From Acetobacteraceae bacterium (lineage in GTDB: Bacteria; Pseudomonadota; Alphaproteobacteria; Acetobacterales; Acetobacteraceae), in contig JAYVXQ010000289.1 of NCBI GenBank assembly GCA_043785025.1, forward strand, positions 1 through 38,014: DNA of 38,014 bases. Direction: 5' to 3'. The notes below the pieces were generated by a model, which saw only the letters and a program-made list of their open reading frames with translations, made no database searches and was not told the origin of the DNA. Positions 10,854 to 19,651 of this stretch are shown in pieces; positions within the stretch are counted from its first letter, which is position 1, and each line of letters opens with the position of its first letter. The position numbers and the translations under genes are program-made.

Positions 10854-10894
10854 ACCGGGCCCCCATGAACTGGGCCCCCATGAACTGGGCCCAG
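10850..10894 (+). repeat. 3x15-bp tandem repeat at the gspI stop / gspJ start junction
   Basis: GTGAACCGGGCCCCC ATGAACTGGGCCCCC ATGAACTGGGCCCAG. Confidence 0.9.
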
Positions 10895-11482
10895 AGCGGC
10901 TTCACGTTGCTGGAGGTGCTGGCCGCTGTCGTGCTGTGCGGCCTGTTGATGCTGACACTCAGTCAGGGCACGCGCTTCATCGATATCGCCCGCCGTCAGC
11001 ATGACCGGGTGATCGGGGGGATGCGCGACCTCGACGACGCCGACCGGGTGATCCGCTGGCTGATCGAGCGCGCCGATCCCGGCACCGAGACCAATCCGGC
11101 GATCTTCACCGGCGAGCCGGACCAGTTCGCATTGCGATCCGAGCTGCCGCTGGCGGTTGGTCTGCCCGCCTCCCGCCGGGTTCTGGGGTCACTGGGCGTC
11201 GACGCCACGCACCGGCTTGTGTTGCGCTGGGTTTCCTACCGCCATGTCAGCGATGCCGCGCCCGAGGCCGCGCGCGACATCGCTCTGGTCAGCGGGGTGG
11301 ACCGTTTGGAGTGCCACTATTGGATGCCGGCGCAACGCATGGTCCCCGGCCAATGGGTGTCGCGCTGGACCGAAGCCGCGCCACCGACGTTGATCCGCGT
11401 CCGTCTGGTGTTTCCGCCCTCGGCCGGCCGGTCCTGGCCTGACATCATCGCGGCCCCGCGGCGGGAGCGCGCTTTCGAATGA
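10850..11482 (+). CDS. gspJ: Minor pseudopilin GspJ (cassette 1)
   Basis: SG|FTLLEVL; C-terminal 'W..RW...PTLIRVRLVF....WPDII' typical of GspJ. Three alternative in-frame starts (10850, 10865, 10880). Confidence 0.85.
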   Translation: MNRAPMNWAPMNWAQSGFTLLEVLAAVVLCGLLMLTLSQGTRFIDIARRQHDRVIGGMRDLDDADRVIRWLIERADPGTETNPAIFTGEPDQFALRSELPLAVGLPASRRVLGSLGVDATHRLVLRWVSYRHVSDAAPEAARDIALVSGVDRLECHYWMPAQRMVPGQWVSRWTEAAPPTLIRVRLVFPPSAGRSWPDIIAAPRRERAFE

Positions 11483-12261
11483 CCCGGCATCGGGGCTTCG
11501 TCCTGCCGCTTGTGCTGTGGACCCTCGCGTTGCTCGCGTTGCTGGAAACGCGGCTGATTGGCGACGGACGGGCGGAGCTTCAGTTGCTTCGCCGTCAGGA
11601 CCTCGCGGCGCAGGGTGTCGCGGCGGCGGAGGGCGGGATCCATGAGGCGGTTTGGCGCCACGCCGCGTCCGGCTCCGCGCATTGGCCCGCCGATGGGGTG
11701 GTGCGCGTGACGCGCGTCGGGGCGGCCGAGGTGACCGTCCGCATCGATCCGCTGGCGGGCCGGCTGAACCCGAACATCGCGCCGGCCGGTCTGATCGCGG
11801 CCCTGCTGGCGCGGCTTGGTGAGCCCGCCGATCGCGCCGAAGTTTTGGGTGCCGCGGCGTTCGATTGGCACATGCCGAATGGGCTCGCGTCGTCGGGCGG
11901 GTCGAAACAGGCGTCGTATCGCGCGGCGGGGGCGGGATACGCGCCGCCCAACCAGGGCTTTGAGACCGATGACGAGATCAGCGCCGTGTTGGGCTGGTCC
12001 GCGGGCCTGGCGGCCGCGATGCGGCCTTATCTATCGATCCACAATGACGGGGCGATCGACCGCCGTCTCGCAAGCCCAGTACTGGGCTTGGCGTTGGAAG
12101 CCACCGGAACCAATCAGCCGGAGGCCGCGGTTCCCTCCGAAACGATTGAGATCACCGCGATCGCGCGCCTGGCCGGCGGTATCATGATCCAGCGCCGCGC
12201 CGTCGCCCGCGCCCGTGCCGGTAAGCGCTTTCAGTTTCTCGACTGGGGTTTCGTGGAGTAA
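11479..12261 (+). CDS. gspK: Minor pseudopilin GspK (cassette 1)
   Basis: RG|FVLPLVLW without Glu5 (typical of GspK); 'AAEGGI', 'GRLNPNIA', 'AFDW', 'FETDDEISAVLG', 'PYLSIH'. Confidence 0.85.
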   Translation: MTRHRGFVLPLVLWTLALLALLETRLIGDGRAELQLLRRQDLAAQGVAAAEGGIHEAVWRHAASGSAHWPADGVVRVTRVGAAEVTVRIDPLAGRLNPNIAPAGLIAALLARLGEPADRAEVLGAAAFDWHMPNGLASSGGSKQASYRAAGAGYAPPNQGFETDDEISAVLGWSAGLAAAMRPYLSIHNDGAIDRRLASPVLGLALEATGTNQPEAAVPSETIEITAIARLAGGIMIQRRAVARARAGKRFQFLDWGFVE

Positions 12262-12303
12262 CGATTTCCGGGGTTATGCCACCAGCGGGTTCGAAACGAA
12301 GAA

Positions 12304-13044
12304 TTAACGAACGGCACGGCGCCGCCGCCGCGCCAGCGTCACCGCGCCAAAGCCCAAAGACAGCACGGCCAGCGACGCCGGTTCGGGCACCTGCGTCACG
12401 GTCCCGCCAATGCCCAAGGTGCCGCCATTCGCCCGGTTGATCGCCGCCACCGCCGCCGTGTTCAGGGATAAGGTCACGAACTGCCCGTCATCCGCCGCTG
12501 TCACCGTCTTCGCGCCGTAAAATACGCCGCCGCCGAGATCGCCATAGACGTTCGCCGCCGCCGACGCCCCGGTCACCGGATCCAGCGCCGAGGTCACATC
12601 AAACGCCGCATAGCCCAAAGCGGGCAGGGTGCTGATATAACCGGCTGGCAGTGGCGTGCCGGTGCCCGGATCGATCGAAACATCGGGATTATACAAAGAC
12701 AAAGTCGCGCCCGTGACCGTCGCGCGCAAACCCGTCAGTTGGAACACAAAGAAATCGCGGCGGGTCAGGTCGTCGCCGGCGCAGCCATCCGAACTTCCGC
12801 ACACCCCCGCAAGATAATTGCCGCTCACCAGTCCACCGTTTTGATCGTAGGTGCCGGTGACCGAAGGTTGAAACACCAGAGGTCCACCGGCGGTGTTCAC
12901 CGTCAGCAAAACGGACCCCGCGGCGGTGCCATCGGAATACGCGAAAATCGCGCGGCTCGGACCCGCCATCGCGGTTTGGCCTAAGCCCAACAGACCGGCC
13001 CCGATCACACTTGCCATTCCGGCCACCGTCCGAGCGATCCGCAT
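12304..13044 (-). CDS. Secreted PEP-CTERM sorting-domain protein
   Basis: ATG 13044 with GGGAGA RBS; signal peptide ending TAMA; C-terminal VPEPASLAVLSLGFGAVTLARRRRRAVR (PEP + TM + basic tail). Confidence 0.92.
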   Translation of the reverse strand: MRIARTVAGMASVIGAGLLGLGQTAMAGPSRAIFAYSDGTAAGSVLLTVNTAGGPLVFQPSVTGTYDQNGGLVSGNYLAGVCGSSDGCAGDDLTRRDFFVFQLTGLRATVTGATLSLYNPDVSIDPGTGTPLPAGYISTLPALGYAAFDVTSALDPVTGASAAANVYGDLGGGVFYGAKTVTAADDGQFVTLSLNTAAVAAINRANGGTLGIGGTVTQVPEPASLAVLSLGFGAVTLARRRRRAVR

Positions 13045-13089
13045 TTTCGTTCTCCCGATCAAATATTAAAAAACTGTTCCATTACGGAC

Positions 13090-13116
13090 TACGCGCGGAA
13101 CCAGGGTTTGGATGCA
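13090..13116 (-). promoter_or_regulatory. Putative ECF sigma promoter TGCATCCA-N15-CGTA upstream of the PEP-CTERM gene
   Basis: Both boxes and the spacing are identical to 15150-15176. Confidence 0.6.
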
Positions 13117-13145
13117 CTCATAAAACATTAACGTTCGTCCATGTT

Positions 13146-13928
13146 TCACGGAGAGGGCCATGGACGCGGACCCGGCGGATCCCACGCGAGAAAATGGACG
13201 CTGAGCCCATCGTCGCTAAGGCCCAGACGCGCGACGGCAGCGCGAATCGCGATTTTGTGGGAGGGAGTCGAAACAATCGCCTCGATCAGCACAGCGCGCT
13301 CGTCAGGCTGGGTTGCCGCCGCCAGATCGTCCTCATTCGCCAGGATCAATGCGTCGCGGACCGCTTTACTGGCGCGTTTCGGATCGGGCCGGCCGCGCCA
13401 CCAGGTGGTCATATGCGGCTCCAGCAACGCCATCATCGCGGGCGGCAGGCCCGCGCGCCGCGACAGATCGTCTAGATCGCGGAACGGCGTGAGCGGCCCC
13501 GATCCCGCGTTCACCCCGCGTCCCCGGACGACCGTCGCCGCGGCGCCTCGGGCGGTGGCCTCATCCGCGCCCAGAGCGATGAATACCTGAAATAATAACG
13601 CTGGGGAGGCAATGTTCGGATTGATCCGTCCGGACAAATCGGCATGGCGCACGACGCCGGTCGCGCCCGCCGCGATCAGCGGGAATTCGCCCTGATCGGC
13701 CGCCGCCGGGGGCGTGCTCAGCAGGCGGAACACCGCCATCCGGATGGCGCCCTCGGCGGCGGCGGCGGCGATTGCCCCGTCGCGGACCGAGGCCGCCGCG
13801 CGGGCTTCGATCCGCGCGTAATATATCAGTGTGGCCGACAACCCGGTGGCGGCGACCAACGCCATCAGCACCGCGAGCAGAATGAATCCGCGCTGCCCGC
13901 CATTGTTAAAAGACTCTCGTTGCGTCAC
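13146..13928 (-). CDS. gspK: Minor pseudopilin GspK (cassette 2)
   Basis: Likely GTG start 13928 just after the gspJ2 stop; RG|FILLAVL (no Glu5); 'AAEGAI', 'SGRINPNIASPALL', 'PFRDLDDL', 'EPHMT'. Confidence 0.82.
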   Translation of the reverse strand: MTQRESFNNGGQRGFILLAVLMALVAATGLSATLIYYARIEARAAASVRDGAIAAAAAEGAIRMAVFRLLSTPPAAADQGEFPLIAAGATGVVRHADLSGRINPNIASPALLFQVFIALGADEATARGAAATVVRGRGVNAGSGPLTPFRDLDDLSRRAGLPPAMMALLEPHMTTWWRGRPDPKRASKAVRDALILANEDDLAAATQPDERAVLIEAIVSTPSHKIAIRAAVARLGLSDDGLSVHFLAWDPPGPRPWPSP

Positions 13929-13929
13929 C

Positions 13930-14499
13930 TCAATCCACCGGGGCGAGACGCAGCGGCGCGACGATGATCGCGGGCCATGGCGCATGACCGGGATCGGCGG
14001 GGATGATCCGCACGCGCACGAGCCGCGGATTGCCCGCCATCGACCAAAGGGGGCGCCAGATGTCCGGCCCATCGCCGCCGCGATAGCTGAGCTCCAAACC
14101 GGCGACCTCGCGCGCCAGCACGATCGGGGCGGCCTCCGGTTCCTGAAAGCGCAGCAGCAGGGTTTTGCCGCTGACCACGAGTTCCGCCGTCACCGCGCCG
14201 CCCGGACCGCCCAGACCATCGCGGCGCGCGGCGGCGGGCAACCGTGTACGCAGAACGATCCGGGTTTGCGAGGCCAGAGGCGATAAGGGCCGCGCCCGCG
14301 TGCCCGGATCCATATGCGCCAGCACCTCGCGGATCGAAGCCGCCGCCGCGCGCAAATCGGCGCCATCATGGCGCAGGCTGGTCTGGCGGGCGACCGCGCG
14401 CAGGCCGAGACGTTGTGTCTGTGAAATCAACACCAGCACCAGCGACGCGACGGTGATGGCGATCAGCACCTCGATCAGCGTGAAGCCGCGCGCTGTCAT
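13930..14499 (-). CDS. gspJ: Minor pseudopilin GspJ (cassette 2)
   Basis: RG|FTLIEVL; C-terminal 'WRPLW....PRLVRVRI.......WPAIIVAP'. Confidence 0.83.
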   Translation of the reverse strand: MTARGFTLIEVLIAITVASLVLVLISQTQRLGLRAVARQTSLRHDGADLRAAAASIREVLAHMDPGTRARPLSPLASQTRIVLRTRLPAAARRDGLGGPGGAVTAELVVSGKTLLLRFQEPEAAPIVLAREVAGLELSYRGGDGPDIWRPLWSMAGNPRLVRVRIIPADPGHAPWPAIIVAPLRLAPVD

Positions 14500-14951
14500 G
14501 GTCCGTCCCGTTCCGGTGCCAGAAACTGGCTGACCAGGGTGACGCTTTGACCGGTGTCCCAGAAAACCCTGACGCTGACCTCAAACAACGCCGTATTCAG
14601 CGCATAGACCCCGCCGTTCAGCCGCAGCCTCCGGAACGGCGGGGCGACGCCCAACCGGGTGACGCTGACCCGCCAGGAATAAACCGCGTCATCCTGTCCG
14701 GACCGTGTCCCCTCCGTCAGCGACCGCGCCCCGGCGAATTCCGCCATATGCGATTGCGCCCGCGCCACCGCCCCGGTCATGTCGCGTTCCCGCCGCGCCG
14801 CGCCAAGCCCGAGATCGATCGCGCGGATCAGCGTGGCCAGAACCAGGGCCGCGAGCACCAGCGCCACCAGAGCTTCCAACAACGAAAATCCTTGATCGCC
14901 GCGCCATCCGCGATCCCGTGCTCGGATCAAACGCTGGCGGGCGCGGTGCAT
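14496..14951 (-). CDS. gspI: Minor pseudopilin GspI (cassette 2)
   Basis: QG|FSLLEAL; 'AVARAQSHM', 'YSWRVSV', 'LFEVSVRVFW'. Exact start uncertain. Confidence 0.8.
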   Translation of the reverse strand: MHRARQRLIRARDRGWRGDQGFSLLEALVALVLAALVLATLIRAIDLGLGAARRERDMTGAVARAQSHMAEFAGARSLTEGTRSGQDDAVYSWRVSVTRLGVAPPFRRLRLNGGVYALNTALFEVSVRVFWDTGQSVTLVSQFLAPERDGP

Positions 14952-15149
14952 CGCCGAAGTCCTTTATCCCGGAGCGTGTCGTTCCGGCGGGAGCGATCAT
15001 AAGCTGGTCGCGCCCACCGGTGGAACCCGGGAGTTTGGTTTCGATAGTTTGTCGAACATTTCAAAAATAACCAATTTCCAGGGCTTTGTGGCGCAGGGAG
15101 GCCTGACGCCCATCGGTTCATCGCCGCGTTAATTATTTTTCAGTCCGGA

Positions 15150-15176
15150 TGCATCCATTCGTGTGCCCGGACCGTA
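15150..15176 (+). promoter_or_regulatory. Putative ECF sigma promoter TGCATCCA-N15-CGTA upstream of the DUF4331 operon
   Basis: 46 nt upstream of the start codon, after an AT-rich tract; both boxes identical to 13090-13116. Confidence 0.6.
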
Positions 15177-15222
15177 TAGCTAACAGGTTTGCCAGGAAAC
15201 GAACCCTTACGAGGAACAGACA

Positions 15223-16677
15223 ATGTCAAAAACCAAACGCATCCTGAAAATCGCCACCGCCGTCGCGTTGCTTCCCGCCGCCGTCCTGGCGTCGAGCCAT
15301 CGGGAGGCCCCTTTGATCGGCGGCACACCGCGTTTGGATGGCACCGATTTCTATATGTTCCGAAGTTATGAGGCTGGCCGGTCGGCGTTCGTCACCATGA
15401 TCGCCAATTATATTCCGTTGCAGGATCCCTATGGCGGGCCAAACTTCTTTCCGCTCGACACCAACGCCGTGTATGACATCAACATCGACAACACCGGCTC
15501 GGCGAAACCGAATATGACGTTCCGGTTTCGCGCGAAGAAAGTCATTCAGGGGCTGACGGTCAGCGTCGGTGGCAAATCGGTCGCGGTTCCCGTCACCCAG
15601 CTGGGTCAGATCTCCAACAGCAATACGCCGCCGGGTACCCAGAATGTTGTCGAAACATTCACCATGTCGCTGGTGACGTATAATAACGGCACCGCGACGG
15701 AGACGCCGATCACCAACGCCACGTCCGGCGCCGCGGTTTTCGCCAAACCCGTCGATAATATCGGCGTGAAGACCATTCCCGACTACCCCGGATATGCCGC
15801 GAAATTCATTTATTCGATCAATATCCCGGGCTGCGCGACGCCTGGGAAAGTCTTTGTCGGACAGCGTAAGGAAAGCTTCTTCGTCAATCTGGGCGAAACC
15901 TTCGATCTGATCAATTACGCCAACCCGGTCGGCGAGCAATTCGCCAATAGCAAACGCAACGATCTCGCGGACAAGAATATCACGTCGCTGGCCGTTGAGG
16001 CGCCGATTTCCTGCCTTACCGCCGGAAATGATCCCGTGATCGCGGCCTGGACGACATCCTCCACGGTGGTGAAAAATGGCGCGGGGGTCACGACATTTTT
16101 GCAAACGTCGCGTCTCGGCAATCCGCTGGTGAATGAGGTTGTGATCGGCCTCGCCGACAAGGACAAGTTCAACGCCAGCCAGCCGGTCAATGACGGCGCC
16201 GCGTTCCTGACCTATGTCACGAACCCAACGTTACCGGCGATCATCGAAATTCTGTTTGGCGCGCCCGCGCCGACGTTGGTTCCCCGGTCCGACCTGGTCG
16301 CGGTGTTCCTCACGGGTCTGAACGGGCTGAACGCGCCCGCCAATTTGCAAACTCCGGGCGAGGAAATGCGGTTGAACACCGGCATCGCGCCGGTCGCGAA
16401 AGGCGCGCAGAATCGGTTGGGCGTGATCGCGAATGACGCCGCTGGCTATCCGAACGGGCGGCGTCCCGGCGATGACGTGGTCGATATCAGCCTGCGCGTG
16501 GTGATGGGCCGCCTGCTGGTCAATCCGCCTTTGTTCGGTACCCCGTCGCAGGCGCCCGCCGGTAACCTCGACTTCACCGACGGCGCTTACGGCGACTCGA
16601 CTTACTTCGACGCGGCGTTTCCTTACTTGCTCAACCCGATCCCGGCGTCCCCGCAACCGACCAGCCCGCCGCAATAA
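15223..16677 (+). CDS. Secreted DUF4331-family protein
   Basis: GAGGA RBS; signal peptide AVLA|SSHREAP; motifs 'DGTDFYMFRSYE', 'GGPNFF', 'FVGQRKESFFVNLG', 'SRLGNPLVNE', 'GYPNGRRPGDDVVDI', 'FPYL'. Confidence 0.88.
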   Translation: MSKTKRILKIATAVALLPAAVLASSHREAPLIGGTPRLDGTDFYMFRSYEAGRSAFVTMIANYIPLQDPYGGPNFFPLDTNAVYDINIDNTGSAKPNMTFRFRAKKVIQGLTVSVGGKSVAVPVTQLGQISNSNTPPGTQNVVETFTMSLVTYNNGTATETPITNATSGAAVFAKPVDNIGVKTIPDYPGYAAKFIYSINIPGCATPGKVFVGQRKESFFVNLGETFDLINYANPVGEQFANSKRNDLADKNITSLAVEAPISCLTAGNDPVIAAWTTSSTVVKNGAGVTTFLQTSRLGNPLVNEVVIGLADKDKFNASQPVNDGAAFLTYVTNPTLPAIIEILFGAPAPTLVPRSDLVAVFLTGLNGLNAPANLQTPGEEMRLNTGIAPVAKGAQNRLGVIANDAAGYPNGRRPGDDVVDISLRVVMGRLLVNPPLFGTPSQAPAGNLDFTDGAYGDSTYFDAAFPYLLNPIPASPQPTSPPQ

Positions 16678-16743
16678 ATTCGTGATGGGGGCCGGCTTGT
16701 GACCATGGTCTGGCTCCCCTTCAGGCGGCGCGCGAAACAGACC

Positions 16744-17925
16744 ATGCCGTGGTGGATCGCCGCGGCATGGTTCATCGTGTTCACGCTTCCACTCCATGCC
16801 GCTCCCCGCGTTCCCCCGTCCGGCGATACAATCGTGGAACGGTTGCCGGACGGCGACCTCGCATCGCGAGACCGCCGGTTGCGCGCGACCGAGTTGGCGC
16901 GCGACCCCACCAATCTCACTTTGGCCTTGCGCGTCGCCCGGTTCGACATCGGCGAAGGACAGCGCCGTGCCGATCCCCGCTTCCTGGGGCGCGCCGAGGC
17001 CGCTCTCTCCCCCTGGATCGCGTTGCCTCGACCGCCGTCGCCCGTGCTGCTGCTGCGCGGGGTGCTGCGCCAGAGCGCGCATGATTTCGACGCCGCCCTG
17101 AGCGATCTGGACACCGTGATCGCCGACAAAGCCGCCGATGCCGCACTCAAAACACAGGCCCGACTGACCCGCGCCGTGGTTCATCAGGTGCGGGGCGATT
17201 ACGATCTCGCCACGGCGGATTGCGCCGCCGCGGCGACAATGGTGCCGCGCCTCGCCGCGTTGGCCTGCCTCGCCGGTTCCGCCAGTCTCACGGGACGGGC
17301 GCGTGCCACGATGGCCGCGCTGGAACGCTTCGCTTTGGCCGGATCCGATCAAGACGACCAATCCTCCCGCGTCTGGGCTCTGACCGTTCTGGGGGAGGTC
17401 GCGGGCCGTCTCGACGAGCCAGGCCTCGCGGATCGCGCGTTCCTCGCGGCGCGGGGATTGGCGCCCGATGACACGTATCTGCTGGCGGCGCATGCTGACC
17501 TCATGCTGGACACCGGACGCGTCGCCGAGGTCATTTCGCTTCTGACCAGCCGCGCGCGGGTCGATCCGCTGCTGCTGCGCCTGATCGAGGCGCATCGCCA
17601 ACAGGGAACCGCCGATCCGGTCCTGGAATCCGACCTCGCGCTGCGTTTTGAAACCAGCCGCCGCCGGGGTGACGCGACGCATCAGCGCGAGGAAGCCCGG
17701 TTCATGCTGCATGTCCGCGACAACACGGCCGAGGCGCTGCGCCTGGCCGAGGCCAACTGGCGGGTCCAGCGGGAGCCCGCCGATGCCCGCATCCTGCTGG
17801 AGGCCGCCGCGGCCGGTCATGCCCCGGATCGCGCCGCGCCCGTCGTCGCCTGGATGGACAAAAATCATGTCGAGGAACGCGGTTTGCAATCCCGGATCGC
17901 GCGGCTTCGGGATGGACATCCATGA
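16744..17925 (+). CDS. Exported TPR-like helical repeat protein (DUF4331-associated)
   Basis: Signal peptide LHA|APRVP; Ala/Leu-rich TPR-like helices, 'DPRFLGRAEAAL', 'HDFDAALSDL', 'NWRVQREPADA'. Start 16699 (GTG) or 16744. Confidence 0.75.
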   Translation: MPWWIAAAWFIVFTLPLHAAPRVPPSGDTIVERLPDGDLASRDRRLRATELARDPTNLTLALRVARFDIGEGQRRADPRFLGRAEAALSPWIALPRPPSPVLLLRGVLRQSAHDFDAALSDLDTVIADKAADAALKTQARLTRAVVHQVRGDYDLATADCAAAATMVPRLAALACLAGSASLTGRARATMAALERFALAGSDQDDQSSRVWALTVLGEVAGRLDEPGLADRAFLAARGLAPDDTYLLAAHADLMLDTGRVAEVISLLTSRARVDPLLLRLIEAHRQQGTADPVLESDLALRFETSRRRGDATHQREEARFMLHVRDNTAEALRLAEANWRVQREPADARILLEAAAAGHAPDRAAPVVAWMDKNHVEERGLQSRIARLRDGHP

Positions 17926-19049
17926 CCCGCGGTGGCATGGCGGTTTTGTTCGCCATCCTGCTGTGGGCCGGAGCCGCGTCGGCGCATGGATCCAGCACGA
18001 GCTATGTCGTCATCAGCGCGTCGAACAGCGACGTCGCGGTGACCTGGTCGCTGTCGTTGCGCGACCTGGAGGACGCCATCGGCATCGACCAGAACGGCGA
18101 TGGCATCCTCACATGGGATGAGGTGCGATCTCAGAAAACCAGGATCGACGCTTACGCGCTGACGCGTCTGCGGATCTCGACGGCGGGGGCCACGTGCATG
18201 CCGCGCGATCCGCCGGCCCATGCGATCGACGATCTGGGGGATGGCGCGTATTTGGTGCTGAATTTTCAACTGCGGTGTCCGGTGCCGATCGGACAACTGG
18301 ACGTGACCTATGACGCGCTGTTCGAGGTTGATCCCCAGCATCGCGGGCTGGTCAATGTCACGCTGAATGGCATAGCCCAGGGCGCGGCGATGTCGCCGGG
18401 GGGACGGTCAGTGGGGTTTGGGGAGGAGCCGAGTACAGCGGCTTTCGCGATGGCGTTCTTCACGGGCGGTGTCTCCCATCTTTTGGGCGGCGCGGACCAT
18501 GTGCTGTTCATCGTCGTCCTGCTCGCCCCCGCGCTGCTACGCCCCCGCGCCGTCGACTCCTCTTGGGCGCGCCTGATCGAGGTGGTTCGGCTGCTGACCG
18601 CCTTCACGGTGGCGCATGCCTGCGCGCTGACCCTCGCCGTGCTCGGTGTGGTCGTGGTTCCCGCCCGTCTCGCCGAGGCCGCGATCGCGCTCACCATTCT
18701 GGTCACCGCATTGGACAATATCTGGCCGTTCCTGCCTGGGCGGCGATGGATCCTCGCGCTTGGGTTCGGGCTGATCCATGGGCTTGGCGTCGCCGGCGGA
18801 TTGGGGCCGCTGCATCTTCCGCCGATAATGCTCGCTCTGGCGCTGGTCGCGTTCAATCTGGGGTTGGAGGCGGTGCAGATCGCCATCGCCCTGGTGGCGA
18901 CGCCGGCGGGGATCGTTTTGCGCGCCGCGCATGGCGCGTCGTGGCGGCTGTTGCCGCTGCTGTCCGGCGCGGCGGCCTGTGCCGCGCTGATATGGCTGAT
19001 ACAGCGGACGGGATACTCCTGGTCCGCGTTGGCGGGCGGTCTGTTTTAA
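17922..19049 (+). CDS. HupE/UreJ-like protein (long type, periplasmic domain plus TM domain)
   Basis: Signal ASA|H; 'GVSHLLGGADHVLF', 'AFTVAHAC', 'FGLIHGLG', 'FNLGLEAVQ'; EF-hand-like DQNGDGILTWDE. Confidence 0.85.
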   Translation: MTRGGMAVLFAILLWAGAASAHGSSTSYVVISASNSDVAVTWSLSLRDLEDAIGIDQNGDGILTWDEVRSQKTRIDAYALTRLRISTAGATCMPRDPPAHAIDDLGDGAYLVLNFQLRCPVPIGQLDVTYDALFEVDPQHRGLVNVTLNGIAQGAAMSPGGRSVGFGEEPSTAAFAMAFFTGGVSHLLGGADHVLFIVVLLAPALLRPRAVDSSWARLIEVVRLLTAFTVAHACALTLAVLGVVVVPARLAEAAIALTILVTALDNIWPFLPGRRWILALGFGLIHGLGVAGGLGPLHLPPIMLALALVAFNLGLEAVQIAIALVATPAGIVLRAAHGASWRLLPLLSGAAACAALIWLIQRTGYSWSALAGGLF

Positions 19050-19060
19050 GGAGCGATCGC

Positions 19061-19651
19061 ATGCGAAAAATCCTGATCACACTGGCGCTGGCGTGTCTCG
19101 CGACACCGGCTTTGGCGCATTCCGGCGGCGATGTGCAGGTTGGCTTCACGGCGGGATTTCTGCACCCGCTCACGGGCCTCGATCACCTCGTCGCCATGGT
19201 CGCCGTGGGCTTATGGGGCGCGCAACTTGGCAAGCCGGAGATCTGGCTGCTGCCCATCGCGTTCCCATTGGTGATGGCGTTTGGCGGGCTGCTCGGGATC
19301 ATGCGGATCGCGTTGCCGCTGTCGGAGCCATTGATCGCCGCCTCCGCGATTGTGCTTGGGCTGGTGGTGGTCATGCAGGCGCGCTGGCCGATGGCGGCGG
19401 CGATCGCTTTGGTGTCGGTGTTCGCGATCTTTCACGGCTATGCGCATGGGCGGGAATTGCCGGACGCCGCCAGCCCCGAGGCCTATGCGATCGGGTTCGT
19501 CATGGCGACCGGCATGTTGCACGGCGTTGGCATTCTGATCGGCACGTTGCAGCGGCTGCGCTGGGGTTCGTATGTCGTGAGAGGTCTGGGTTTCGGGATC
19601 TCGGCGATTGGGGTGGTGTTCCTTTACGGTCAGATGATCGCGCCCGCCTGA
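19061..19651 (+). CDS. hupE: HupE/UreJ family Ni/Co permease
   Basis: AAGGAG RBS; ALA|H; 'GFLHPLTGLDHLVAMVAVGLW', 'FHGYAHG', 'LHGVG'. Confidence 0.92.
   Translation: MRKILITLALACLATPALAHSGGDVQVGFTAGFLHPLTGLDHLVAMVAVGLWGAQLGKPEIWLLPIAFPLVMAFGGLLGIMRIALPLSEPLIAASAIVLGLVVVMQARWPMAAAIALVSVFAIFHGYAHGRELPDAASPEAYAIGFVMATGMLHGVGILIGTLQRLRWGSYVVRGLGFGISAIGVVFLYGQMIAPA

Noticed and set aside
13045-13145. Sigma-54 promoter expected for PEP-CTERM genes
   Set aside because: Best candidate TGGAAC-N5-TTTAA lacks the -12 GC; an ECF-like motif fits better.
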